Assembly (NCBI GenBank): GCA_963757655.1
Contig: CAVWSQ010000001.1
Span: 1,520,961-1,584,960 of the forward strand
Source of the DNA: an uncultured Acidobacteriota bacterium
GTDB taxonomy: Bacteria; Acidobacteriota; Vicinamibacteria; Vicinamibacterales; CAVVIG01
Reading direction: 5' to 3'
Length of the DNA: 64,000 nucleotides
The position numbers were made by a program, and so were the translations under genes. The notes below the pieces were generated by a model. The model saw only the letters and a list, made by a program, of their open reading frames with translations, was not told the origin of the DNA and ran no database searches. This document shows positions 30,138 through 39,388 of the stretch, piece by piece; within the stretch, counting starts at the first letter, position 1, and every line of letters begins with the position of its first letter.

Positions 30138-31393
30138 AGCTGTCGACCCTGAAGGATATGAGCGTCGGCGCACTGACCAAGATCGCCAAGGGGCTCGATG
30201 TACCCGGCGCGACCGGTATGCGCAAGCAGGAACTCATCTTCGAAATCCTGAAGGCGCGAGCGGAAAAGAGCGGCCTGATCTTCTCGGAGGGTGTTCTGGA
30301 AGTGCTGCCGGACGGCTTCGGGTTCCTGCGCGCGCCGGACTACAACTACCTGCCCGGTCCCGACGACATCTACGTGTCGCCGTCGCAAATCCGCAAGTTC
30401 GACCTGCACACCGGCGACACCGTCTCGGGCCAGATCCGGCCGCCCAAGGACGGCGAGCGCTACTTCGCGTTGATCAAGGTCGAAGCGGTCAACTTCGAAC
30501 CGCCGGAACGGGCGCGCGAGAAGGTGTTCTTCGAGAACCTGACGCCGCTGTATCCGCAGCAGAAGATCGCCCTGGAGACCGATGGCGAGAACCTCTCCGC
30601 GCGCGTGCTCGACATGATGGTCCCGATCGGCAAGGGCCAGCGCGGCCTGATCGTCGCACCACCGCGGACCGGCAAGACGATGCTGCTGCAGAACATTGCC
30701 AACAGCATCACCCACAACCATCCCGAGGTCTACCTCATCGTCCTGCTGATCGACGAGCGGCCGGAAGAGGTCACCGACATGCAGCGCTCCGTCCGCGGCG
30801 AGGTCATCTCATCGACCTTCGACGAACCGGCGCAGCGCCATGTCCAGGTCGCTGAAATGGTGATCGAGAAGGCGAAGCGGCTGGTCGAGCACAAGAAGGA
30901 CGTCGTGATTCTGCTCGACTCGATCACGCGCCTGGCGCGCGCCTACAACACGATCGTGCCGCCGTCGGGCAAGGTGCTGTCGGGCGGCGTCGACAGCAAC
31001 GCGCTGCAGCGGCCGAAGCGCTTCTTCGGCGCGGCGCGAAACATCGAAGAAGGCGGATCGCTGACGATCATTTCCACCGCGCTCGTCGACACCGGCTCGC
31101 GCATGGACGAAGTGATCTTCGAGGAGTTCAAGGGCACCGGCAACCTCGAAATCCACCTCGATCGAAAACTGACCGACCGCCGCGTTTTCCCGTCGATCGA
31201 TATCCAGAAGAGCGGCACGCGCAAAGAGGAGCTGCTGATTCCGAAGGAAGACCTCAATCGCGTGTGGGTGCTGCGCAAGGTGCTGACGCCGCTCTCCCCG
31301 GTGGAGGCGATGGAGCTACTGCTCTCACGCATGTCGAAGACGAAGACCAACCAGGACTTCCTGGCGTCGATGAGCAACGGGACAAAGGCTTAG
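30041..31393 (+). CDS. rho: Transcription termination factor Rho (with short Pro/Gln-rich N-terminal extension)
   Basis: 450 aa. [37 protein letters not shown] parallels the E. coli N-terminus. FGFLR; Walker [21 protein letters not shown] 30041 is the only in-frame ATG/GTG/TTG upstream of the conserved N-terminal helix. Confidence 0.9.
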   Translation: METDRPTTEQQPPAQPAAAPKSNGAPPPPEKLELSTLKDMSVGALTKIAKGLDVPGATGMRKQELIFEILKARAEKSGLIFSEGVLEVLPDGFGFLRAPDYNYLPGPDDIYVSPSQIRKFDLHTGDTVSGQIRPPKDGERYFALIKVEAVNFEPPERAREKVFFENLTPLYPQQKIALETDGENLSARVLDMMVPIGKGQRGLIVAPPRTGKTMLLQNIANSITHNHPEVYLIVLLIDERPEEVTDMQRSVRGEVISSTFDEPAQRHVQVAEMVIEKAKRLVEHKKDVVILLDSITRLARAYNTIVPPSGKVLSGGVDSNALQRPKRFFGAARNIEEGGSLTIISTALVDTGSRMDEVIFEEFKGTGNLEIHLDRKLTDRRVFPSIDIQKSGTRKEELLIPKEDLNRVWVLRKVLTPLSPVEAMELLLSRMSKTKTNQDFLASMSNGTKA

Positions 31394-31448
31394 TGAGGAA
31401 GTTGGAAGTGAGAACTTTCAAGCGGGCCTGTTACCCGCCGTCGCGGCG

Positions 31449-32978
31449 TCACCGGCGCAGGAACAGGTTGCAGAACGGCTCGACGTGCGACGGAAGCTCC
31501 GGAAAGCCCAGCCGGCGGATGTTGTTGCGAACGGCTTCGTGCCGACGCGACTCTCCGCACGAGACGATGGCGCCGATGCGGCCGCCGGCGGCGGCCAGCC
31601 GATCGAGCGTCAACCGGATGGCGGGATCGTCGATGCTGCGGTCCTCGCGGTCCATGATCGCCCGGCGGCCAGCGGCGTACGGCAGTGCCGGGGAGTAGTT
31701 GAGGCCGTAGATCAGCATCACCTCGTCCGACACCGTGTGGACGCGGGTGATTTCAGCGATGGTCATCGGCGCGAGGTCGCCGGCATCCTGATCGACGAAA
31801 TAGCCGGCAAGGTAGTTGGTCGACATCGCGGTCAACGCAGCGGCAAATAGCGCGACCCCCGCCCAGCGCAGCAGGCCCGGCGCCTCCAGGCAGGCGACGA
31901 TGCCGCAGCCGGCAATGACCGCGAGCAGCAGGCCATTCTCGTACGCGTAGTAGACGTGGACGACGAACAGGCGATTGAAGATCGCGATCGGCAGGAAGTA
32001 CAGAGCCAGACAGGCGGCGGCCAGCCAGCGGCGGCGCCGCCGGAACGTCGCCGCGAGCGCGAGCCCGAAGACCGCGGCGCTGCCGACCACGGTGTGCCGG
32101 GTGCGGCCGAGGATGGCGTTCGCAGGTACGGCATACCACGAGCGCGCCTGGAAGCGGTCGGCCAGCGACCCGAACCGTTGCTCGCGCTCGGCGGCGAAGT
32201 CGATTTCTGCGGCCAGCGGGCTCTGTCTTTTCAGGTAATCCGCAAACGCCAGCCAGGCCCCGGTCGCCACCATCGGTGCCGCGAGGGCGAGGACCAGCGC
32301 CGCGGCCACCGCGCGGCCCGGCAAGCCGGCCCGCCGCAATCTGGCCAGCACGAGCGCCGCTCCAGCGGCGTAGAACGTGGCATACGCCGTGATCTTGACT
32401 GCCCCTGCCAGCGCACCGGTCAGCGCCGCCGCTATCAGCAGCGCGGTGGACGCGCCGCGGCGAGTCGGCTCGGTTGCACGGTGCACGAGGGCCAGGTACG
32501 CAATCGACAGGCACATCGCGGTCGATTCGATCATGAACGTCCGCGACCAGAAGATGTAGAGCGGGCTCGCCCATATCATCGCCAGCACCACCGGACGATG
32601 CCGGGGTGCGATGTCGCAAAGCTCGAGCACGATCCATCCCGGCCAGAACGCCGCCACGTAGAAGAGAATCGAGACGGCACGGCCGGCGCGTTCGAGATCG
32701 AGCGGAAGATGCAGGGTCACCTGCGCCGTCAACCACTGGTAGAGCGGGAGTTCGAGGGGCCATTCCCACGGCGGTCCGAAGATCGGCGTCCGATAGGTCC
32801 AGAATGGACCGTGGCGGAAGACCATCTCGTAGACCGAGATTGCCGTATGCGATTGGCGCCAGGCGTGGACGTCAAGGATGCCGTGCGACCAGCCGACGCT
32901 CAGACCCCACGCGCCGAAGGCGCACGCGGCGGCGCACAGCAGCCACGCGGCGATCTCGGCGCCGCTGGTCTTCGACAC
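31449..32978 (-). CDS. Polytopic membrane protein, GT-C-fold glycosyltransferase-like (ArnT/PMT-type resemblance)
   Basis: 509 aa with about 11 or more hydrophobic helices, followed by a soluble C-terminal domain. The N-terminal loop reads HAWRQSHTAISVYEM...PWEWPLELPLYQW. The assignment is by architecture only. Confidence 0.55.
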   Translation of the reverse strand: MSKTSGAEIAAWLLCAAACAFGAWGLSVGWSHGILDVHAWRQSHTAISVYEMVFRHGPFWTYRTPIFGPPWEWPLELPLYQWLTAQVTLHLPLDLERAGRAVSILFYVAAFWPGWIVLELCDIAPRHRPVVLAMIWASPLYIFWSRTFMIESTAMCLSIAYLALVHRATEPTRRGASTALLIAAALTGALAGAVKITAYATFYAAGAALVLARLRRAGLPGRAVAAALVLALAAPMVATGAWLAFADYLKRQSPLAAEIDFAAEREQRFGSLADRFQARSWYAVPANAILGRTRHTVVGSAAVFGLALAATFRRRRRWLAAACLALYFLPIAIFNRLFVVHVYYAYENGLLLAVIAGCGIVACLEAPGLLRWAGVALFAAALTAMSTNYLAGYFVDQDAGDLAPMTIAEITRVHTVSDEVMLIYGLNYSPALPYAAGRRAIMDREDRSIDDPAIRLTLDRLAAAGGRIGAIVSCGESRRHEAVRNNIRRLGFPELPSHVEPFCNLFLRR

Positions 32979-33242
32979 GCGCCGATTCTATCCCTCGGAC
33001 GTGCCACGCGACCTGGTGTCAAAATAACGAATGCACACACGTGCCTTCGGACAGAGCGGCTGGCAGGTCTCTGAAATCAGTGACAGCATGTGGGGGATCG
33101 GCGGGTGGACCGGGAGACGCTGAAATCCCATCGCTGAGAACGCACCCCAGAAGGCCACGCCGTAGCCGAGGCGGGACGCGGGCAGGGCGGACGGTCGGGC
33201 AGGAACAGGCAGGACGGAGACACCGGGAGCGCTGAAGTGTCC

Positions 33243-33251
33243 TGCTATAAT
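33243..33251 (+). promoter_or_regulatory. Candidate extended -10 promoter element TGcTATAAT for rpmE
   Basis: TGCTATAAT lies 33 nt upstream of GTG 33284. AAGGAG at 33272-33277 sits 6 nt before the start. No good -35 element was seen. Confidence 0.45.
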
Positions 33252-33283
33252 GGTGGTTTCCCGGACTGGGCAAGGAGCACGTT

Positions 33284-33544
33284 GTGAAGGAAGCCATTCA
33301 CCCGAAGTACTTCGACGTCGAGGCCCGCTGCGCGTGCGGCACGACATGGAAGACCCGTTCGACCAAACCTGAGCTGCACTTGGAAATCTGCTCGAGCTGT
33401 CATCCGTTCTTCACAGGCAAACAGAAGCTGCTGGACACGGAAGGCCGCGTGGAGCGGTTCACCAAGAAGTACGGCGCGCAGACGTCAGAAAGCCGTAAGA
33501 AAGCGGCAAAGAGCAAGAAGGAAGCGGCGCCCGCCGCTCGATAG
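33284..33544 (+). CDS. rpmE: 50S ribosomal protein L31 (Cys-containing, Zn-binding type) with Lys-rich tail
   Basis: [67 protein letters not shown] start with an AAGGAG Shine-Dalgarno sequence. Confidence 0.95.
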   Translation: MKEAIHPKYFDVEARCACGTTWKTRSTKPELHLEICSSCHPFFTGKQKLLDTEGRVERFTKKYGAQTSESRKKAAKSKKEAAPAAR

Positions 33545-33545
33545 C

Positions 33546-34907
33546 CTAGTCCAGTAACTGCCCGTTCCGCGCCGATTCACTGATCTTGCGCTCGAGCCGG
33601 GCGAGGCGATGCTGGACTGCCTGCGCGAGCGACGGTCGCGGTTCATCGCGCAGCGCCGCCAGGCTGCCCAGCGCAAATCGCCTCGCCAGCGGAAGATCGC
33701 GCACCCGGTGCTCGTGGTGGATGGCGAGCGCTTGGGTGGCTTCACGCACCATCGCGGCCGGGCAGCCGCGCATGTCCGCCAGCTCGCGCCATGCCGTGGC
33801 CGCTTCGTCGTGCCGCCGCGCGCGGCGGCAGGCAAACGCCAGCGCGCGCAGGCCGTCCACTCTGACGGGATCGTAGGCGCCGCGCGGCGAGCGGCAGCGG
33901 TCGAGGGCCCGGCGGAAGCTTGCGCGTGCCCGCTCGTCGTGGCCGCCGCGCGCGTAGACATGGCCTAGGGCGAGCGCCTCCCGCGCGTCGGCGATCGCAT
34001 CGGGACCGCTGCGCGCCAGGTTGAGCAAGCGCGCCGTCAGCGCCGCCAGCGTCAGCAAGTCGAGCCGATTGTGCTCGAGCACCGGCTCGAGCGGGCCGGG
34101 ATCGCCGCTGCGAACGAACTGGAAGTAGCGTCCTGGAATCTCGAAGCCAGGCACGTCGCCGTGCCGCCGCGCGCCGATGATCTGGCGTTCGAGCGTCTGA
34201 AGCGAGCAACCCTCCCCGGCTCGGCCGGTGTTGAAGGCCGGCGCGGCGATTGGACGGCTTTCGCGCATCCCGGGCGCGCTGCGATCGCGCGGCTTCCAGA
34301 AGCGCCGGGCGGAATGGATGACATCGACGTGAGGCATGTCGCGGCCATTCCAGGCGATGCGGTGGAACAGGTAGCGTCCCTCGAGCAGTGGCGCGTCGAA
34401 CGACTTGCCGTTGAAACTGACGAGCGCGCCGGCGCGCGCCAACTCCCCGGCTACAGCTTCGAGCAGCACCCGCTCGTCAGCGTGGCGCGCGAGCAGGAAC
34501 TGACGCGTGATGAATGAGCCGTCACGGTCGAACCAGCCGCAGCCGACCAGGAACGCCAGCGTTCCCGCGCCACCGCTGAGACCCGTGGTCTCGAGGTCGA
34601 AGAAGATGAAAGGCGGCCGCGCCGATGAGCCGGGCGCAAATAGCGGCGCCTCGCCCGCCGCGCGGTCGAGCCGGTCCGCCAGCGCGCTGATCCGTTCGCG
34701 ACCGTGGAGCGCCGAAGGCTGCCAGCGCCGATCGACGACGAAGCAGCGCCCGTCGTTGCCTGCCCGCCAGGCGCCGCCCAGAACCTCGGAGATGTCGCCG
34801 AGGGCCGACGCCGGCTCAGACACCCCGCCGGTCTGATCGGGTGAGGACCGTTGCGGACCCGGCGTCGCCTGAACGATCCCGCGGATCCGATCGGCGAGAG
34901 CGCTCAA
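33546..34907 (-). CDS. RNase H-like/DEDD exonuclease with C-terminal TPR-like region (YprB/MrfB-like)
   Basis: ORF 33546..35303 trimmed to TTG 34907, which overlaps the helicase stop (TTGA). PFIFFDLETTGLSGGAGTLAFLVGCGWF...LVSFNGKSFDAPLLEGRY...HVDVIHSARRFW. The C-terminal part has helical repeats (ALALGHVYARGGHDERARASFRRAL...). Confidence 0.75.
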   Translation of the reverse strand: MSALADRIRGIVQATPGPQRSSPDQTGGVSEPASALGDISEVLGGAWRAGNDGRCFVVDRRWQPSALHGRERISALADRLDRAAGEAPLFAPGSSARPPFIFFDLETTGLSGGAGTLAFLVGCGWFDRDGSFITRQFLLARHADERVLLEAVAGELARAGALVSFNGKSFDAPLLEGRYLFHRIAWNGRDMPHVDVIHSARRFWKPRDRSAPGMRESRPIAAPAFNTGRAGEGCSLQTLERQIIGARRHGDVPGFEIPGRYFQFVRSGDPGPLEPVLEHNRLDLLTLAALTARLLNLARSGPDAIADAREALALGHVYARGGHDERARASFRRALDRCRSPRGAYDPVRVDGLRALAFACRRARRHDEAATAWRELADMRGCPAAMVREATQALAIHHEHRVRDLPLARRFALGSLAALRDEPRPSLAQAVQHRLARLERKISESARNGQLLD

Positions 34908-37384
34908 AACGGGATGACCTCCGCATCGCCGGCAGGCGGTGGATTCAATCCGTCGGGCTGGTCGACTGTCTTTCGGAAACGGGCGGCTTCTGAACACGAC
35001 GCCAAAGTCTCGCTCTCCGCCAGCAGATCGAGCATCCGCAACGCCGCGACCTTTGCGAGCGCACCGGTGTGGCCGATCGGGCCGACGCAGCCGGGGCATC
35101 CGCTCTCGCACCCGCATTCCGCGATCAGGCGCCGGGTGGCGTCGAGCAGCTCGTCGTGCCTTTCGAACAGCGGCGCGCTGAAGCCGATGCCGCCCGGGTA
35201 ATTGTCGTAGACGAAAATCGTTTGCGGGTTCGTCGCGGACGCGAGGCTGGCAGCCGCCGCTTCGCCGCTGTCGATCGAAGTGCCGATATCGTGACCGTCG
35301 CACATCAGCAGCAGCTGCGCCACCTGCTTCAGCGCGAACGCCAGCCCGACGACGCCGTCGCGCCGATCGTCGGACGCGTAAGGCAGCGCCGCCATCACAG
35401 TGGAGGGAACGGTCAGCCAGTACGACGTCGTGTGCATCTGCTGCTCTGGCAGATCCAGCTCACCCGAGCCGACGTTCTCGTTGGTGTAGAACTTGATCTT
35501 CTTGAAGCCGACCACTCGTGACACGACGTGCACCTCGCCGTGCGACGCGGACATGGCGTACGGCTTGTTGGCCTCGGCTCCTTCGTCGGACCGGCGGCTC
35601 TGCCCCTTTTGCGCAAACGTGTCGATCCGCGTCACCTTCGCATAGCTGATCGCGGTGGTGTAGTAGTCGCAGTCGATCGACCGGACGAACGCCTTCCGCC
35701 CCTCGAAGTCGAACCGTTCCACCTGAAACAGCCGTCCCTCGACGATGTAGATTGCTTTCGGATGGAGCGTCGACGGTCCGCTGGTGAAATCGGTTTCGCC
35801 GATCACCCGGGTCTCGTCCGTGATGTCGACGACGACGAAGTTGTCCGAGGAGACCGACCGCAGGCTGACGGCGTCAGCCGGATACGATTCATTGGTCCAG
35901 GTCCAGGGCGCATCCTCCCCCGCCCGGTGCACCAGCCCCTGCTCCGAGAGGATACCCAGGATTTCCTGCGCGTCAGGCCGCCCGAACGTCTCGGTGGCGT
36001 GGAACGGCAGCTCGAAGGCCGCGCACTTGACGTGATCGACGAGAATGTGGAGGTTGTCCGGATCGATCAACGCTCGCTCCGGCGATGCATCGAAGAAGTA
36101 CGACGGATTGCGCACGACGAACTGATCGAGCGGCGCGCTGCTGGCGACCATCACCGCGGCGGATCGGCCGTTACGCCGGCCGGCGCGCCCGGCCCGCTGC
36201 CAGGTCGCGGCAATCGTGCCCGGATAGCCCGCCATGATCGAGACATCGAGCGCGCCGATGTCGATGCCGAGCTCGAGCGCGTTGGTCGAAACCACCGCGC
36301 GCACCGCTCCTTCGCGCAGTCCCTTCTCGATCTCACGGCGCCGGTTCGGCAGATAGCCCCCGCGGTATCCGCGGATCCTCTCTGCGGCGCCGGGTATCCC
36401 CTCGAAGTCGTCCTTGAGATAGGTGGTCAGAATTTCGGTCGAGAGCCGGCTCTGCGCGAACACGATCAGCTGCAGGTTGCGCTTGAGGAATTCCGACGCG
36501 ACCCGACGTGTCTCGCCCAGATACGACCGGCGGATACCGAGCTGCTGGTTCACGACCGGCGGATTCACGAAGACGAAGAACTTCTCGCCACGTGGCGCCC
36601 CGCTTCTGTCGATCAGCTCGAAGGCCTGCTCGGTGAGCCGCTCCGCCAGCTCACGCGGATTCTGAATCGTCGCCGACGAGCAGAGAAACACCGGGTTCGA
36701 GCCGTAGTGCCTGCAGATTCGCCTCAGGCGTCGCAGCACGTTGCACAGGTGGCTGCCGAAAACACCCCGGTAGGCGTGCAGCTCGTCGATGATCACGTAA
36801 CGCAGGTTCTCGAACAGCTTCGCCCAGCGCGGATGGTGCGGCAGGATTCCTGAATGCACCATGTCCGGATTGCTGAGCACGATGTGGGCGCGCGATCGGA
36901 TGGTGCGCCGCGCGTCCTGCGGCGTGTCGCCGTCGTAGGTGAAGACGGCGATGCCGGTCAGCGCTTCGCACATCGCGTGCAGCTCGGCGAGCTGATCCTG
37001 CGCCAGCGCCTTGGTCGGGAACAGGTAGAGCGCGCGGCTGGAGGGATCCTTGAGGATCGCGTCGAGCACCGGGGCGTTGTAGCAGAGCGTTTTGCCCGAC
37101 GCCGTGGGCGTGACGACCACTGTGTGGCGCCCGGCCAGCGCGTGCTCGATCGCTTCCGCCTGGTGCGTGTAGAGCTCTTCCACACCGCGCGCCTGCAACG
37201 CTGATTTCAGGCGCGGATCGAGCGACTCAGGGAACGCTTCCAGCTGCGCGGGGACCGCCGGCAGTCGACGCACCGCAGTGACATGAAGGTCTGGAGTATC
37301 GGGACGATCGCCGTCGCGGCCGCCTATGCGTTCCAGCGCCGCATCGAGCGCGCCATCGCTGCGGGATCGGGTCGCGGGAAGCAT
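34904..37384 (-). CDS. DEAD/DEAH-box helicase with C-terminal DUF1998/4-Cys domain (YprA/MrfA-like)
   Basis: ORF 34904..37513 trimmed to Met44; the upstream codons derive from REP repeats. Motif I VVVTPTASGKTLCYNAPVL; motif II VIIDELHAY; SSAT. C-terminal part reads CGCESGCPGCVGPIGH. Confidence 0.85.
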   Translation of the reverse strand: MLPATRSRSDGALDAALERIGGRDGDRPDTPDLHVTAVRRLPAVPAQLEAFPESLDPRLKSALQARGVEELYTHQAEAIEHALAGRHTVVVTPTASGKTLCYNAPVLDAILKDPSSRALYLFPTKALAQDQLAELHAMCEALTGIAVFTYDGDTPQDARRTIRSRAHIVLSNPDMVHSGILPHHPRWAKLFENLRYVIIDELHAYRGVFGSHLCNVLRRLRRICRHYGSNPVFLCSSATIQNPRELAERLTEQAFELIDRSGAPRGEKFFVFVNPPVVNQQLGIRRSYLGETRRVASEFLKRNLQLIVFAQSRLSTEILTTYLKDDFEGIPGAAERIRGYRGGYLPNRRREIEKGLREGAVRAVVSTNALELGIDIGALDVSIMAGYPGTIAATWQRAGRAGRRNGRSAAVMVASSAPLDQFVVRNPSYFFDASPERALIDPDNLHILVDHVKCAAFELPFHATETFGRPDAQEILGILSEQGLVHRAGEDAPWTWTNESYPADAVSLRSVSSDNFVVVDITDETRVIGETDFTSGPSTLHPKAIYIVEGRLFQVERFDFEGRKAFVRSIDCDYYTTAISYAKVTRIDTFAQKGQSRRSDEGAEANKPYAMSASHGEVHVVSRVVGFKKIKFYTNENVGSGELDLPEQQMHTTSYWLTVPSTVMAALPYASDDRRDGVVGLAFALKQVAQLLLMCDGHDIGTSIDSGEAAAASLASATNPQTIFVYDNYPGGIGFSAPLFERHDELLDATRRLIAECGCESGCPGCVGPIGHTGALAKVAALRMLDLLAESETLASCSEAARFRKTVDQPDGLNPPPAGDAEVIPF

Positions 37385-37487
37385 GGCGCTGCATCGTACC
37401 AGTGAGGCGAACAAATGGCAAAGGGATCCGTGGGTGGCCTGCACAAAACGACAGTCACGAATCGGGGCTCGAGTCCTCGCGCTTCTC

Positions 37488-37620
37488 GAGGTCCGGCTAA
37501 AGCCGGGCACCACCGAACTGGCCCCCCATCAGAGGTCCGGCTGAAGCCGGACACTACCGATCATGCGCCTCCATCAAGAGATCCGGCTGTCGCCGGACAT
37601 TACCGAAATGGCCCCACAAA
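37488..37620. repeat. Three tandem REP-like units of about 45 bp, each with a GC-rich hairpin (GTCCGGC-TGAA-GCCGGAC)
   Basis: Copies start at 37488, 37532 and 37578: GAGGTCCGGCTAAAGCCGGGCACCACCGAA, GAGGTCCGGCTGAAGCCGGACACTACCGA and GAGATCCGGCTGTCGCCGGACATTACCGAA. They lie between divergent genes. Confidence 0.85.
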
Positions 37621-37668
37621 TGGAGTCAGGAACAGCTGACCCTCCCGTGCTAGGCTTCCGCCGACCTC

Positions 37669-39015
37669 ATGAACGCAACCGGCCGAGCGTCGGAACCTCT
37701 CCCCCGCACGCTTGGCCTCTGGAGCTCGGTCGCGCTCGTGATCGGCATCACCATCGGGTCGGGAATTTTCCGATCGCCAGCCGGCATCGCGCAGAAGGTC
37801 CCGAGCCCGACGCTGATGCTGGCGCTGTGGGTCGTGGGCGGCCTGGTGACGTTGTGCGGCGCGCTGTCTCTGGCGGAGCTCGCCGCGGCGCTCCCGGAGA
37901 CCGGCGGTTTCTACGCCTACATTCGCGAAGGCTGGGGACGGCAGTGGGCGTTCTGCTTCGGCTGGTCCGAACTGGTGCTGATTCGCGCCTCGGCGCTCGG
38001 CGGCATCGCCGTGGTCTTCGGCGAGTACCTGCTGCGAAGCCTCGGCGTCGATCCGGTCGAGCATTACATCACCGCCCGCGCGCTCTCAGCGGGCGCCATC
38101 GCCTTTGCCGCCTGCGCCAACATCGTGGGCGCCAATGTCGGGGCGGCTATTGTCGGCGTCTCGACCGCGGCCAAGTTCTCGGCGCTGGTGATCCTGGTCG
38201 GTGCGTCGCTGGTGCTCGGCGCCGGCCACGGCGCGAGCGTGTCGCACCTGACCGCGGCCGCGCCGGGACCGATCGGAACCGGTGCGATGGGCCTGGCGCT
38301 TGTGAGCGTGCTGTGGGCGTATGACGGCTGGGGCGACCTGTCGTTCGCGGCCGGCGAGGTGAAGGATCCACAGCGCACTCTGCCGCGCGCCATCATCCTG
38401 GGCACGCTGGCGCTGATCGCGATCTACGTCCTCACCAATGTCGCGTACCTCTACGTGATCCCGATCACAGAAATCGCCAACCCGGCCACTCCGCTGGTCG
38501 CCGCCGACACCATGATGGCGCTGTTCGGCCGGGCCGGGGTGGTGCTGGTCTCGGTTTTCGTCATGATTTCCTCGTTCAGCTCGCTGAACGGCAGCATGCT
38601 GGCCTCGCCTCGCGTCTTCTTCGCGATGGCCGACGATGGCATGTTCTTCGAGACGATCGCGAAGGTCCACCCGCGCTTCAAAACGCCATACGTCGCGATT
38701 CTGCTGGCGGCGGTGCTGGGGATGGCGCTGGTGATGAGCCGAAGCTTCGAGGCACTCACCGAGACGTTCGTGCTGGCGATCTGGCCGTTCTATGCGCTGG
38801 GCATCGCGGCGATCTACCGCCTGCGCCGGCTGCGGCCGGCGATGCCTCGGCCGTACCGAGCCATCGGCTATCCAGTGGTGCCCGCCATCTTCATCGTGTC
38901 GGTCGCGGCGTTCGTCGTGAACGCGCTCATCCACGAACCGCTTCCGACCACGATCACCTTCGCGCTGATCCTCGCCGGCCTGCCGGTCTATCAGCTCGCG
39001 TTCGCGCGACGCTGA
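37669..39015 (+). CDS. APC family amino acid permease
   Basis: 448 aa with 12 hydrophobic segments. LGLWSSVALVIGITIGSGIFRSPAGIA...LSLAELAAALPETGGFYAYIREGWG. Confidence 0.9.
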   Translation: MNATGRASEPLPRTLGLWSSVALVIGITIGSGIFRSPAGIAQKVPSPTLMLALWVVGGLVTLCGALSLAELAAALPETGGFYAYIREGWGRQWAFCFGWSELVLIRASALGGIAVVFGEYLLRSLGVDPVEHYITARALSAGAIAFAACANIVGANVGAAIVGVSTAAKFSALVILVGASLVLGAGHGASVSHLTAAAPGPIGTGAMGLALVSVLWAYDGWGDLSFAAGEVKDPQRTLPRAIILGTLALIAIYVLTNVAYLYVIPITEIANPATPLVAADTMMALFGRAGVVLVSVFVMISSFSSLNGSMLASPRVFFAMADDGMFFETIAKVHPRFKTPYVAILLAAVLGMALVMSRSFEALTETFVLAIWPFYALGIAAIYRLRRLRPAMPRPYRAIGYPVVPAIFIVSVAAFVVNALIHEPLPTTITFALILAGLPVYQLAFARR

Positions 39016-39112
39016 TCATTTCTCGACCTTTTCGGTTTTTTTTCTTGATCCCCGGCGCGGTACTGTTACTCTTTTTTCTTGTGTCGATACTTTCACCAAG
39101 GAGTCATTGAAG

Positions 39113-39388
39113 ATGGTTGCACACCAGCCGCAACTGCGGCGCCGAGGCTTCTTCCTGCACTCGTCTGAAGGTGGCGAACCGGACACCGGCGAACACGAAA
39201 ACCCGGAAGGGTTCATCGTCCGCGTCCGATTCCCTGGGCATCCGGTCCCGCGAAAGATGGTCAGCGCGCGCGGCGTCTCCGGCGGCGGCCGGTCGCACCG
39301 CACCGATACGGACCTCGTCGAAGGGATGCCGGCGATCAGATCAGGGAGCGTGACTGGCAGCCGTCAACGGTCACACTTGCCCCGCTGA
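39113..39388 (+). CDS. Candidate small protein (91 aa), very uncertain
   Basis: AAGGAG (39098-39103) lies 9 nt before ATG 39113 and follows a T-rich island. I recognise no family. The 3' end overlaps the convergent SDR gene by 53 nt. GC3 is only moderately high and comparable to the antisense frame. Confidence 0.2.
   Translation: MVAHQPQLRRRGFFLHSSEGGEPDTGEHENPEGFIVRVRFPGHPVPRKMVSARGVSGGGRSHRTDTDLVEGMPAIRSGSVTGSRQRSHLPR

Noticed and set aside
31394-31448. Intrinsic terminator after rho
   Set aside because: Only a 5-bp GCGGG/CCCGC stem without a U-tract. The short GTKRGAA heptamer run there is noted under the repeat family instead.
37324-37639. Short ORFs across the REP repeats (37324-37554 minus, 37326-37544 plus, 37415-37639 plus)
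   Set aside because: They are translations of the tandem hairpin units (RLKPDTT / SGFSRT peptides) on both strands simultaneously. This is typical of spurious calls in REP DNA.
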